Of a DNA stretch of 64,000 nt, positions 7,977 through 16,703 are shown in pieces. The notes beneath the pieces were generated by a model, which had not been told where the DNA came from, did no database searches, and saw nothing but the letters and a program-made list of their open reading frames with translations. How positions within the stretch are numbered: the stretch's first letter is position 1; every line of letters begins with the position of its first letter. Origin of the DNA: Candidatus Bathyarchaeota archaeon (GTDB lineage Archaea > Thermoproteota > Bathyarchaeia > Bathyarchaeales > Bathycorpusculaceae); the NCBI GenBank assembly GCA_026014595.1, contig JAOZHY010000029.1, forward strand, positions 7,135-71,134. Direction: 5' to 3'. The translations under genes and the position numbers were made by a program.

Positions 7977-10256
7977 CTAAAACCGCCAAAACCCACCAAC
8001 AACCGCCTGCCCGAACGAGACGCCGCCGTCGCCCGCCGGAACCGCCTCGTGAACCAGAAAACGCAAACCAGCTGCCTCCACCGCCCCACGCATCTCCTTT
8101 GCCAGTATCTGGTTGCAGGCAGCACCGCCCGAAAAACCCACCGCCCCAACGCCGAGTTCCCACGCTTTCTGGATGGCTATGGACGCTAAGCCTCTGGCGA
8201 GGTAAGCGTGGGCGGAGTAAGCCAAATCAGTCACAGACACCTTGCCAATGTTCTCGAAGACGGCGTGAACCAGCTCGGTCGTGCCCAGCACGTCTCCGCT
8301 TATCGCAGGCTGCAGGTTCAACACGTCTCTGCCCCTAACCGCGGCAGACTCCAACTTCATTGCTGGCTCGCCCTCGTAGCTGCGCTCGTAACAAACGCCC
8401 AAGACCGCTGCGACCGCGTCCAAGAGCCGTCCGCAACTCGTGGTCTCGGCGATGCCGACGCCTCTTCTTAACTGGTCAAGGACTAATCGGGCTTCGGTTT
8501 CGCCGTGAGGCAGGTGCTCGCTGTTGTGCAGAAGCCAATTCTCCAGGTTAATCGTCTTGCCGAGTATAGCCGCTGCCATGCGCACGGGATAACGCGTAGC
8601 CATGTCCCCGCCGACTAACGGTTGAGGTTCCAAGTGCCCCACACGCTGGAAATCGGCTGATTCGCGGGTGCAGAACAGGATTTCTCCGCCCCATGCCTGA
8701 CCGTCGGCGCCGTAGCCATAGCCGTCGCATATCACGCCTACAACTTCGTCAACGGCGTGCTCCATCATCAGGGCTGCGGCGTGCGCGTGGTGGTGCTGCA
8801 CCTGAATGAGGTCCCAGCCGTTCTGCTCCGCCATCTCCCTCGCAAGCGCCGTCGTGGTGAATTTGGGGTGCAGGTCGCATGCCACGGCTTCGACGCGGCT
8901 GTTAGTCAAGCGAATCAGATGTGCAGTGGCGTCCTTGAGGAATGTTCGGGTTTCGAGGTTTTCGACGTCGCCGATGTGTTGGCTGAGGAACGCCTTGTTA
9001 TCAAGCAGGACGCAGGCGGTGTTGTTGAGTTCGCCGCCTAAACCCACCACGCAACGTGCTGCTTCTGCTTTGAGCATTATGGGTGCGGGCGCGTAGCCCC
9101 TGCTTCGTCTGAGGAACACGTTGCGGCTGCCGTGGACGCGGAGGACCGAGTCATCACAGCGGTGTGCAATGCGGCGGTTGTGAAACAGGAAGTAGTCAAC
9201 GGTGCTGCCCAGCGTGCGCAAAGCCTCGTCGTTATCGTTTACGATTGGCTGGTTGGGCGGGTTCGCACTGGTCATCACAAACGCCGCGTCATCCACACGG
9301 TCGAAAAGCATGTAGTGCATGGCGGTGTAGGGCAGCATGACGCCCACATTGTGCAGGCCCGGCGCCACCAAAGGCGAAAGAGCGTAGCTTTCGCTCTTGT
9401 TGAGGAGCACGATGGGGCGGGCAGGCGAAGTGAGCAGGGCTGCCTCCTTAGAGTTTATTTCGGCGAAGGATTTTGCAGCTTCAAGGCTTCTTGCCATGAT
9501 GGCAAAGGGTTTGGCGCTGCGGTGCTTCGTTCTTCGAAGCGCCTGCAACGGCTCGTCGCGGGTTGTGGATGCGGCTATGTGGAAGCCGCCGTAGCCTTTC
9601 ACTGCTAAAATCGCGCCTTCAGAGAGCAAGCGCCCCGCTTCACGCACTGGGTCTTTATGCTGGATGAGCTCGCCGTTGCTTGTTGTCAAGTAGGCTTTGG
9701 GTCCGCATTCTGGGCACGCCACGGTCTGCGCGTGAAAGCGCCTGTTGAGCGGGTCGCTGTATTCTTTTTGGCATATGCCGCAGAGTGGGAACTCTCGCAT
9801 GGTGGTGTTTTCGCGGTCGTACGGCAGGCGCTCGATAATGGTGAAGCGTGGCCCGCAGTTGGTGCACGTGATGAAGAAATACGCAAACCTGTGGTCTTTG
9901 GGGTCGCGGAGCTCTCGGAGGCAGTCGTCGCAGATGGCGATGTCAGGCGGCACCACGGAGCCTGAGTGCTCGGCTTCCTCAGAGCTTTTGACGATGATGA
10001 ATTTTGCGTGTTCGTTCTTGCCCTTGAGCGTCGTCGTGGTGACGCTGTGGATTTGGGCTAAGGGCGGCTTCTTCTCTTTCAAGTCCCGCAGAAAACTCTG
10101 GATGCCTTGCGTCTTGCCTTCCAGCAGGATTTCTACTCCTGCATCGCCACGGTTCCGCACGTAACCCGCCAACCCGTTTTGCACTGCTATGCGGTAAACG
10201 AAGGGGCGGAAGCCAACGCCTTGAACGATGCCCGTAACATTGATTTTAACTCGCAA
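7977..10256 (-). CDS. hypF: carbamoyltransferase HypF
   Basis: GIVQGVGFRP acylphosphatase domain, four CxxC zinc-finger motifs, QHHHAH, GDGGVSFGQ; likely start TTG 10256 (track ORF extends to 10304). Confidence 0.96.
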   Translation of the reverse strand: MRVKINVTGIVQGVGFRPFVYRIAVQNGLAGYVRNRGDAGVEILLEGKTQGIQSFLRDLKEKKPPLAQIHSVTTTTLKGKNEHAKFIIVKSSEEAEHSGSVVPPDIAICDDCLRELRDPKDHRFAYFFITCTNCGPRFTIIERLPYDRENTTMREFPLCGICQKEYSDPLNRRFHAQTVACPECGPKAYLTTSNGELIQHKDPVREAGRLLSEGAILAVKGYGGFHIAASTTRDEPLQALRRTKHRSAKPFAIMARSLEAAKSFAEINSKEAALLTSPARPIVLLNKSESYALSPLVAPGLHNVGVMLPYTAMHYMLFDRVDDAAFVMTSANPPNQPIVNDNDEALRTLGSTVDYFLFHNRRIAHRCDDSVLRVHGSRNVFLRRSRGYAPAPIMLKAEAARCVVGLGGELNNTACVLLDNKAFLSQHIGDVENLETRTFLKDATAHLIRLTNSRVEAVACDLHPKFTTTALAREMAEQNGWDLIQVQHHHAHAAALMMEHAVDEVVGVICDGYGYGADGQAWGGEILFCTRESADFQRVGHLEPQPLVGGDMATRYPVRMAAAILGKTINLENWLLHNSEHLPHGETEARLVLDQLRRGVGIAETTSCGRLLDAVAAVLGVCYERSYEGEPAMKLESAAVRGRDVLNLQPAISGDVLGTTELVHAVFENIGKVSVTDLAYSAHAYLARGLASIAIQKAWELGVGAVGFSGGAACNQILAKEMRGAVEAAGLRFLVHEAVPAGDGGVSFGQAVVGGFWRF

Positions 10257-10296
10257 GGATAAGCGCCATCTCTGAAAAAGAAAGAACGGATTTCTC

Positions 10297-11964
10297 TTAT
10301 ACATTTCGACAATGCAATGCAGCTTTCTCTTCTTCTTGAAGTAGTCGCCTGAGCACTTTGCCAGCTGAGCTTATCGGCAACTCTTTTCTGAACGCCACCT
10401 CTCGAACTGCCTTGTACGGAGCGACCTTGTCTCTGACAAACTCCATAATTTCCTCTGCCGTGGCGTCCGCGCCTTCCTTCAACACTATAAACGCCTTCAG
10501 AATCTCGCCCACCATAGGGTCGGGTTTGCCAACGACAGCGCAGAGTTTCACGGCTGGATGCTCATAAATCACGTCTTCCAGTTCGCGCGGGTAAACGCTG
10601 TAGTCCTTGTATTTGATGAGGTCTTTCTTGCGGTCGGTGATGTAGAAGTAGCCATCCTCGTCCATGCGTGCGATGTCGCCCGTTAAGAGCCAGCCGTCGC
10701 GGAGGACAAGCGCAGTTTCTTCTGGGTTCCGCCAGTAACCCCGCATCACCTGTGGTCCCCTGACAGCGAGCTCACCCGTTTCGCCCGGCGGAAGCGTTTT
10801 TTCGCCCGTTTCCAAGTCCACTATTCGAGCGTCTGTGTCGGGCAACGGCAGCCCAATCGAGCCGACTTTCACGGTTTTCATACTCCTGTCCACTGGATTG
10901 CAGTGCGTAACAGGTGACGCTTCGGTTAAGCCGTAGCCTTCGGCGAGGAAGCCGCCCGTGATTTCCATAAACCGTTTCTGGACCTGTGGCGGCAGCGAGG
11001 AGGCGCCTGAAATGCAGACGCGGATGCTGGTTAAGTCATAATTGCAGAGCGCAGGGTTGGCGAGCAGTACCGAGTACATGGTGGGGACGCCGCAGAACAC
11101 CGTGACCCTGTGCCGCTGAATCGCCTCCAGCGCCGCCTGCGGGTCGAAGCGGGGAAGCAGCACCATCTTCGCGGCAAGGCTGATGGGCACGTTCATGCTT
11201 GTGGTCATGCCGTAAATGTGGAACAGCGGCAGCGCCGCCAGAAACGTCTCCTCTGCCAAGGCGCCTCGCATCCAAGCTGCAAAGGCGACGGCGTTCGAAA
11301 CCAGATTCTCGTGCGTTAGCATGGCACCTTTGGCTGTGCCTGTGGTTCCGCCCGTGTACTGGAGCGCCGCCAAATCCTCTCGCGGATCAATCGCCACTTG
11401 AGGCGGGTTTGCATCTCTGTTTTCCTCAAGCATGTCCTGGAAGGAGTAGACACTGCTTCTGTCCGATGATGGTTTAGTTTTGGGAGCGTAGTCTTCTAGG
11501 CTGGTGACCACCGCATGCTTGAGCTTGGTTTTCGCCCAGACCTTTTCCACGATTGGGTAGAGCGAGTCCAACGTGACTATGGCTTCGGCTTCTGAGTCGT
11601 TTAGCTGCTGCTCCACCTCGCGTTCCCGGTGCAACGGGCTTACGGTTGTCAAGACGGCGCCCACTTTGAGGATGCCGAAGTACGCTATGGGGAACTGGGG
11701 GATGTTGGGCAGAAAAACCGCAACTCTGTCACCTTTCTTAACTCTTAAAGCCGTAAGTGCCGCGGCGAAACTGGTGGCATAGTCGTTCAGTTCTCGGTAA
11801 GTGGTTTCCTTTTCAAAACAGGCTAAGGCAGCCTTGTGAGGGTGCAGTTGCGCGGTTTTCTCCAGAAGCCCATGCAACGGAATAGGCGGATACTCGATGT
11901 GATGGGGCACGTCTTTGGGATATGAGCGTAACCATGGCTTGTTTTGTGCTTGCAAAGATGACAC
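10297..11964 (-). CDS. long-chain fatty acid--CoA ligase (AMP-binding, FadD-like)
   Basis: YTGGTTGTAKG, EGYGLTEASP, TGDIA, DRKKDLI, GKVLRR. Confidence 0.93.
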   Translation of the reverse strand: MSSLQAQNKPWLRSYPKDVPHHIEYPPIPLHGLLEKTAQLHPHKAALACFEKETTYRELNDYATSFAAALTALRVKKGDRVAVFLPNIPQFPIAYFGILKVGAVLTTVSPLHREREVEQQLNDSEAEAIVTLDSLYPIVEKVWAKTKLKHAVVTSLEDYAPKTKPSSDRSSVYSFQDMLEENRDANPPQVAIDPREDLAALQYTGGTTGTAKGAMLTHENLVSNAVAFAAWMRGALAEETFLAALPLFHIYGMTTSMNVPISLAAKMVLLPRFDPQAALEAIQRHRVTVFCGVPTMYSVLLANPALCNYDLTSIRVCISGASSLPPQVQKRFMEITGGFLAEGYGLTEASPVTHCNPVDRSMKTVKVGSIGLPLPDTDARIVDLETGEKTLPPGETGELAVRGPQVMRGYWRNPEETALVLRDGWLLTGDIARMDEDGYFYITDRKKDLIKYKDYSVYPRELEDVIYEHPAVKLCAVVGKPDPMVGEILKAFIVLKEGADATAEEIMEFVRDKVAPYKAVREVAFRKELPISSAGKVLRRLLQEEEKAALHCRNV

Positions 11965-12016
11965 GACTTTATCTGTAGGCGATGAACAGCTAATAACATT
12001 TCTTCAGCGTTGCGCG

Positions 12017-12718
12017 TTAGAAGAAAGTGATGCTTATCCAGTAAAGCAGTGCCAAGTGCAGCGGATAATAAGCATAGAAGGAGTATTTCCTCAGCGAGTA
12101 CAAACGCGAGTCGTCGGAGATGGCGATTTCCATTTTCAGCACGTTCTTCACGTGGAGAAGAATCAGCGGCACCGCGAGCAGCGCAAGCACCTGAATGTCA
12201 GGCAAAAGTACAAGGTTCAGAGCTAAGAGTGCGATAACACCGAGTTCAGGCTTGCTCCTCAGCAGTTTCATGGCACCCACCGTGAGTACCACGTAGAAAG
12301 TGCCTTCCATGTTGAAAAGGATTGAAGACAGAACCGACAGGGATAAGACGGGAACGAAAACCTGCATGTTGCCCCTGTTAAAAAAGTAAAGCGACAGAAC
12401 GCTTAGGAAAAGCGGAAACAGAATGTTGAGCCGCTCAAACGGCTGGATTCTGAAGGCAAGAAAATACGGAACCTGTGAGACAACGGCGAAAGTTAAAAGC
12501 GTCGCCAAGTACGTGCGCGGTTTCTTGGTGCTCTCAACCCCCAAGGTTATAAGGTAGGCGAACAGGGGAAACGCAAGCCTTCCGACAGCGTGAAGAAACA
12601 GCAGGTCAGGATAGAGAATCATGCCAATATGGTCTGCCGTCATCGTTACAAGAGCGACTATTTTAAGCAGCTCTCTGCCGAAATCAAACGTCCTCACGAT
12701 CGAAGCACGGCTAAACAT
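12017..12718 (-). CDS. TraX-family integral membrane protein (putative acyltransferase)
   Basis: LKIVALVTMTADH...GRLAFPLF...FAVVSQVP...YAYYPLHL pattern typical of the TraX family; multi-TM. Confidence 0.8.
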   Translation of the reverse strand: MFSRASIVRTFDFGRELLKIVALVTMTADHIGMILYPDLLFLHAVGRLAFPLFAYLITLGVESTKKPRTYLATLLTFAVVSQVPYFLAFRIQPFERLNILFPLFLSVLSLYFFNRGNMQVFVPVLSLSVLSSILFNMEGTFYVVLTVGAMKLLRSKPELGVIALLALNLVLLPDIQVLALLAVPLILLHVKNVLKMEIAISDDSRLYSLRKYSFYAYYPLHLALLYWISITFF

Positions 12719-12792
12719 ACCACGTTGCAGATATAGCTTTTACCGTATTCTGGCAGACAGCAAAGCGAACGCTTCAAAAAACAAAACCAGCA

Positions 12793-12882
12793 TATTTGGA
12801 GCCTAATAGTGGTTCTATGCAGAAACCTATAGAGGGATAGGTCCGTATTCGCGTTTTCAGACGCCAAAACCATGCAGAAAAC
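12793..12882 (+). repeat. dispersed ~90-bp intergenic repeat, copy A
   Basis: TATTTGGAGCCTAATAGTGGTT...GCAGAAACCTATAGAGGGATAGG...GCCAAAACCATGCAGAAAAC; aligns with 33251, 44607 (rc) and 63899. Confidence 0.92.
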
Positions 12883-12985
12883 AGCAGAGAGGAGGGGCTA
12901 TCCACCGAGAAGTAAATCACAAGCGCCAGCAGTCCTAACAATAGTCACTTGAAACAAACAGAACCAAATTACCAAAACACAAACC

Positions 12986-13456
12986 TTAACCCGGCGTTGT
13001 CGGCGTCGTTGTTCCAGTTGAAGCAGGCTGAACGGCGGGTTGCCCAGGAGTTGCAGGCGGCGGCACTGAAGATTGAGGTGGAGGCTGTCCCGTCACGGAC
13101 TGCTCTTGAACCTCCGGCTCTTCTTGTTGAGGTTGCGTCTGGGGGGTGCTGGGTAAAATCTGGATTTTCTCAGCCATCGGATGCAGCAAGTCAGGCGGCG
13201 GATAAGGTGTGTTCAGTATTGAGGCGAGGATGTAGATTGAGTTAAAAACATGCTGGTAGACTGTGAAAAGAACTTGGGGAATGTTCGTTTTCGGGTTCGG
13301 TTCCAACCGTTTCTTAATGTCCGCTGGGTCACCCTCTAACGTCACCACGCCCAACGTCGAATACTTCACGACATTCGGCTTGGTCGTTATAGAAAGATTA
13401 AAGCTAAGCACAACTTTATCTGTGCCCTTTTTCTGCTCGTCAAGCTTGGCGTTCAC
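12986..13456 (-). CDS. hypothetical protein, possible SecB-like fold with P/Q/T-rich tail; true start probably further upstream
   Basis: Alternating beta-strand pattern, then helix and YPPPDLL; frame stays open ~45 codons upstream of GTG 13456 with no ATG/GTG/TTG. Confidence 0.7.
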   Translation of the reverse strand: MNAKLDEQKKGTDKVVLSFNLSITTKPNVVKYSTLGVVTLEGDPADIKKRLEPNPKTNIPQVLFTVYQHVFNSIYILASILNTPYPPPDLLHPMAEKIQILPSTPQTQPQQEEPEVQEQSVTGQPPPQSSVPPPATPGQPAVQPASTGTTTPTTPG

Positions 13457-13650
13457 TTCGAAAAAAAGCTCTTCACCTGGCGCGTGCTGCCCTGTTCTTT
13501 CAGCTTGGAGGCTGTCAATACGAACCGTGACTGTGACGCCTGAAACAGAATATTTCGGGCAGATGATTGATTCCCCTAATCTATTTTGGCTATTTCATAT
13601 TTAACTTTTGTAGATGCTGAATTCATCGCCTCTGTATAATAGAAACTTGG

Positions 13651-14220
13651 CTAGCTGTTGCCGAAATCGGTGTAAACAGCGGGAACTGAAAGCAGCGTCT
13701 CAAACTTGAACGCTCCCGCACCTGCCACGTCGCCCTTCGTATGCAACACTACCTTCTTGGGGATGTCATCCTCGATGTAAACAATAAACTCAACGTTTTT
13801 CCCCAAACCCATACGCTCAAGCTGCTGGGCGCTATCTTTAAACTTCTCAAGCTCTTGAATCTTGCTTCCGATTTTCTCAATCGCCTCAAACAGTATTTCA
13901 GCCTGTCCCTGATCCGTGGAAGAAAGCAAAATGTTGCCTGATTCAACCCAAATCGAAGGCTCGCCTTTCTTCCCCTTGCTCTTTTTCCCAACGGTTTTAT
14001 TCTCAGGAGCATTTTTCTTGGGCGGCCCCCGCACATTTTTCTGCATAGCAGCCGACTTCTGGTACCAATCCTCGTTTTTATGGGCTTCTTCGCAGCTTCG
14101 TAAGAGCGAGCCCAACCATTGGCTGTAATCTTCAAACAAGGCTCGATGCTGCTCCAGTTGGTCAGCTATGTACTCAGCCATTTCCTTTAATGTGGTGAAA
14201 GTTCGAATCTCAGTTCCCAA
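13651..14220 (-). CDS. hypothetical protein (helix-hairpin-helix/coiled coil)
   Basis: 189-aa ORF with GAGGTGA SD-like sequence before TTG start. Confidence 0.75.
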   Translation of the reverse strand: MGTEIRTFTTLKEMAEYIADQLEQHRALFEDYSQWLGSLLRSCEEAHKNEDWYQKSAAMQKNVRGPPKKNAPENKTVGKKSKGKKGEPSIWVESGNILLSSTDQGQAEILFEAIEKIGSKIQELEKFKDSAQQLERMGLGKNVEFIVYIEDDIPKKVVLHTKGDVAGAGAFKFETLLSVPAVYTDFGNS

Positions 14221-14418
14221 GCTATCACCTCATCCTGTATTAATTGGAAGTAATCGAATGCGCTGTTCCAATTTCAACATCATAGGAAAGATAAAATCAG
14301 TTTTTGAAATAATAGGATTTGTGTATTAACTCTGCTACATACTATTCAGTTATGCCTAAGCAGTCACATTGCAAATAATTATAAGGGTAACCTGACAATT
14401 TAGCGGTAGTCTGCAGCT

Positions 14419-14865
14419 TTGAAGAAGCGGAACAGACAACTTTCCCTTATTCAAACTGCGACAAACGACAAAGCAAGAATGACCAGCCTCAAAACGAAGG
14501 TTACAAATTTGAATAGTACAAGCGAATTTGACACGCTGCTATTACAGGCAATCGACGAAACAATACGATATTGCTTAGGCGACATAAACGCGCAGTTAAT
14601 CTACAATTACCTAGAAAGAAAAGGCATTCTCAAACAAGAAATCCCGAAAAAGTTAGACGACTTCGCGATGGAGTTTGAAAATGTGGTGGGTTTTGGAAGA
14701 GGACAAGTTTTGGGAGCAGCCCAGATTATCGAAGAGGCTATCCTTAAAGCGTTTTGCAATAAACTGAAAATTAACTATGTTGAGACCGGCTCACGATATT
14801 TTCCTGAGCAAATCAAAATGATAAAAGAAACCTACCGTAAAGGTTCCTTAAAAAAGGTTAAATGA
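14419..14865 (+). CDS. NitrOD5/DUF3227-like small helical protein
   Basis: LLQAIDETI..LG....IYNYLE..GI...EIP.KLDDF...ENVVG...IIEEAILK pattern; start uncertain. Confidence 0.6.
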   Translation: MKKRNRQLSLIQTATNDKARMTSLKTKVTNLNSTSEFDTLLLQAIDETIRYCLGDINAQLIYNYLERKGILKQEIPKKLDDFAMEFENVVGFGRGQVLGAAQIIEEAILKAFCNKLKINYVETGSRYFPEQIKMIKETYRKGSLKKVK

Positions 14866-14920
14866 TCTGTTGCAGCCACGTCTTTGCTCGCTCATAGAAA
14901 TTCGACCAATAAAGGCGTTC

Positions 14921-15442
14921 CTAAGTGCCTTGCGAAATCACCGAAGCTATCCTTTGTATCTCCTTTGTTATTTGTGACAAGAACTGGATTCGGTTCTCAA
15001 TTTTCCGTTTCTGGGATGCACTGAACTGTTTGAATTTAGGAACAATGTCTCCTATGACTGCTATCAGGAGGTCCCTATTTTTCGGGTCGCTCAGGTCGAT
15101 GAGTTTGAAGCGACCATCCCGGAAAAGTAGTGCTAAGTGTCCTGTGGGATCGACGTTTGCTTGGGCGACGTTTGCCATTTCAGGCGGAAGCACGGATGGT
15201 GAGATGGAAATGGCTGGCACCCATGACTGCATTAGTTTGAGGAGCGAGGCGAAGAACTCGGAAACCAACAGTGCTTCTTCTGACGTCAACTCGCTTATCT
15301 GTCCAACATCATCCGCTACAGCGTTTAGTGCGTCGATGAGTTCTTGGAGGGTGATTTGTTCTTTGTTCGCGGGTGGAGATGGAGTTGCCGTGTAAGATTG
15401 TTCCACTGCCGCCTTCTCTACAATGTTGGTCTCTTGGCTCAT
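14921..15442 (-). CDS. hypothetical protein
   Basis: 173-aa ATG-start ORF with terminal amphipathic helices. Confidence 0.75.
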   Translation of the reverse strand: MSQETNIVEKAAVEQSYTATPSPPANKEQITLQELIDALNAVADDVGQISELTSEEALLVSEFFASLLKLMQSWVPAISISPSVLPPEMANVAQANVDPTGHLALLFRDGRFKLIDLSDPKNRDLLIAVIGDIVPKFKQFSASQKRKIENRIQFLSQITKEIQRIASVISQGT

Positions 15443-15744
15443 TGTTGGTCAATCTTGTTTAGTATGGCTGGAAGAGAAAAATGCTTGTATGTTTCAGGAT
15501 TTACGCACATGGAAATTTTAGATTCTGTTTTCGTTTGGCGCGTGTGCGTTTGTGGTTAAGCGTTTGCGGTTAAGGTATATAATATAACAAGTCGTAATAC
15601 ACAATATTTATATCAGTTTTAAACGAAACAATAAACGGACATACGAGGTGATGCACTCTGAGTTATGGACATCAAGGTCTAAGAGAAAAAACTGAAGTCA
15701 CCAAAATTCAAGAGGTTTCTTCCCTTAGACGAGAAAAATTCAAA

Positions 15745-16680
15745 GTGATGGTGTCTCTGAACAAAGAGCGCCCCATGTCGAAATCACCTCTGTATGAAAA
15801 ATATGATATACAGCGGTACGACCTCCACCCAAACTACAGCTTCGCACATTTGGAAGACATGATTCCCAAGAACACTCCAGAATACCTCGACCACGGGCAG
15901 CACTACGTAGAACGCATCGTAAGAGCACTGTACTACTTTAAACAATGCGCGCTCATCGGTCCTTCAGGGACAGGCAAAACCCATATTGTCTATCTTGTAG
16001 CCGAACTAACGGGCTTGCCTCTCTGGGAAGTAAACTGCGGATTATCAACCTCTTCCTTCGACCTCATCGGGCGGTTCATCGGTCTCGGCAAGGAAAACTG
16101 GGTAGACGGTCTGCTCACTCAGTGGCTCAGGAAAGGCGGCATAATGTACCTCGACGAAGCCAACATGATGAAACAAGACGTCGCCACCAGACTCAACCCC
16201 GTGCTGGACACGCGAGGCCACCTCGTGCTAAACGAGAAAGACAGCGAAGTAATCGAACGCCACAAATACGGCTACATGATCATCAGCATGAACCCCGCCA
16301 CAGCCGAATTCTCAGGAACAAAACCTCTGAACGCCGCCATGCGCAGACGAATGGCTGTTTGGATAAACTTTGACTTCCTCAGCATCGGAGAAAACATTTC
16401 ACCTCACGAAGTAGAGATGCTTCAAAAACGAACCCGAATAGATGAAGACACGGCATACAAAATCATACAGGCTGGTGCAGAGCTGAGGAGACAGTACAAG
16501 GTGGGCGATTTGCCTTACGGTCCGTCTTTAGGTGACTTGATAAACTGGGCTACTTTGGTGCATGACGGAAACACGCCGCTTGCCGCCGCGGAGGAAACGA
16601 TAATCGGGTTAACCAGCGACAACGTCGAAGTTCAAGCTGACGTGAGGCGAGTCATCGAAGCAGTTTTCAACAAACAATAG
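15745..16680 (+). CDS. MoxR-family AAA+ ATPase (CbbQ/NirQ/NorQ-like)
   Basis: Walker A GPSGTGKT, Walker B MYLDEAN, SMNP, PLNAAMRRR; start may be ATG 15775. Confidence 0.92.
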   Translation: MMVSLNKERPMSKSPLYEKYDIQRYDLHPNYSFAHLEDMIPKNTPEYLDHGQHYVERIVRALYYFKQCALIGPSGTGKTHIVYLVAELTGLPLWEVNCGLSTSSFDLIGRFIGLGKENWVDGLLTQWLRKGGIMYLDEANMMKQDVATRLNPVLDTRGHLVLNEKDSEVIERHKYGYMIISMNPATAEFSGTKPLNAAMRRRMAVWINFDFLSIGENISPHEVEMLQKRTRIDEDTAYKIIQAGAELRRQYKVGDLPYGPSLGDLINWATLVHDGNTPLAAAEETIIGLTSDNVEVQADVRRVIEAVFNKQ

Positions 16681-16703
16681 CCATTAACTGCAAGGGAAGC
16701 GGC

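Noticed and set aside
12017-12718. Conjugative element indicated by TraX
   Set aside because: No VirB4, coupling protein, relaxase or integrase is present.
15745-16680. GvpN (gas vesicle) or RuBisCO/NOR activase
   Set aside because: No gvp, cbb or nor genes in the window; only family-level assignment is supported.
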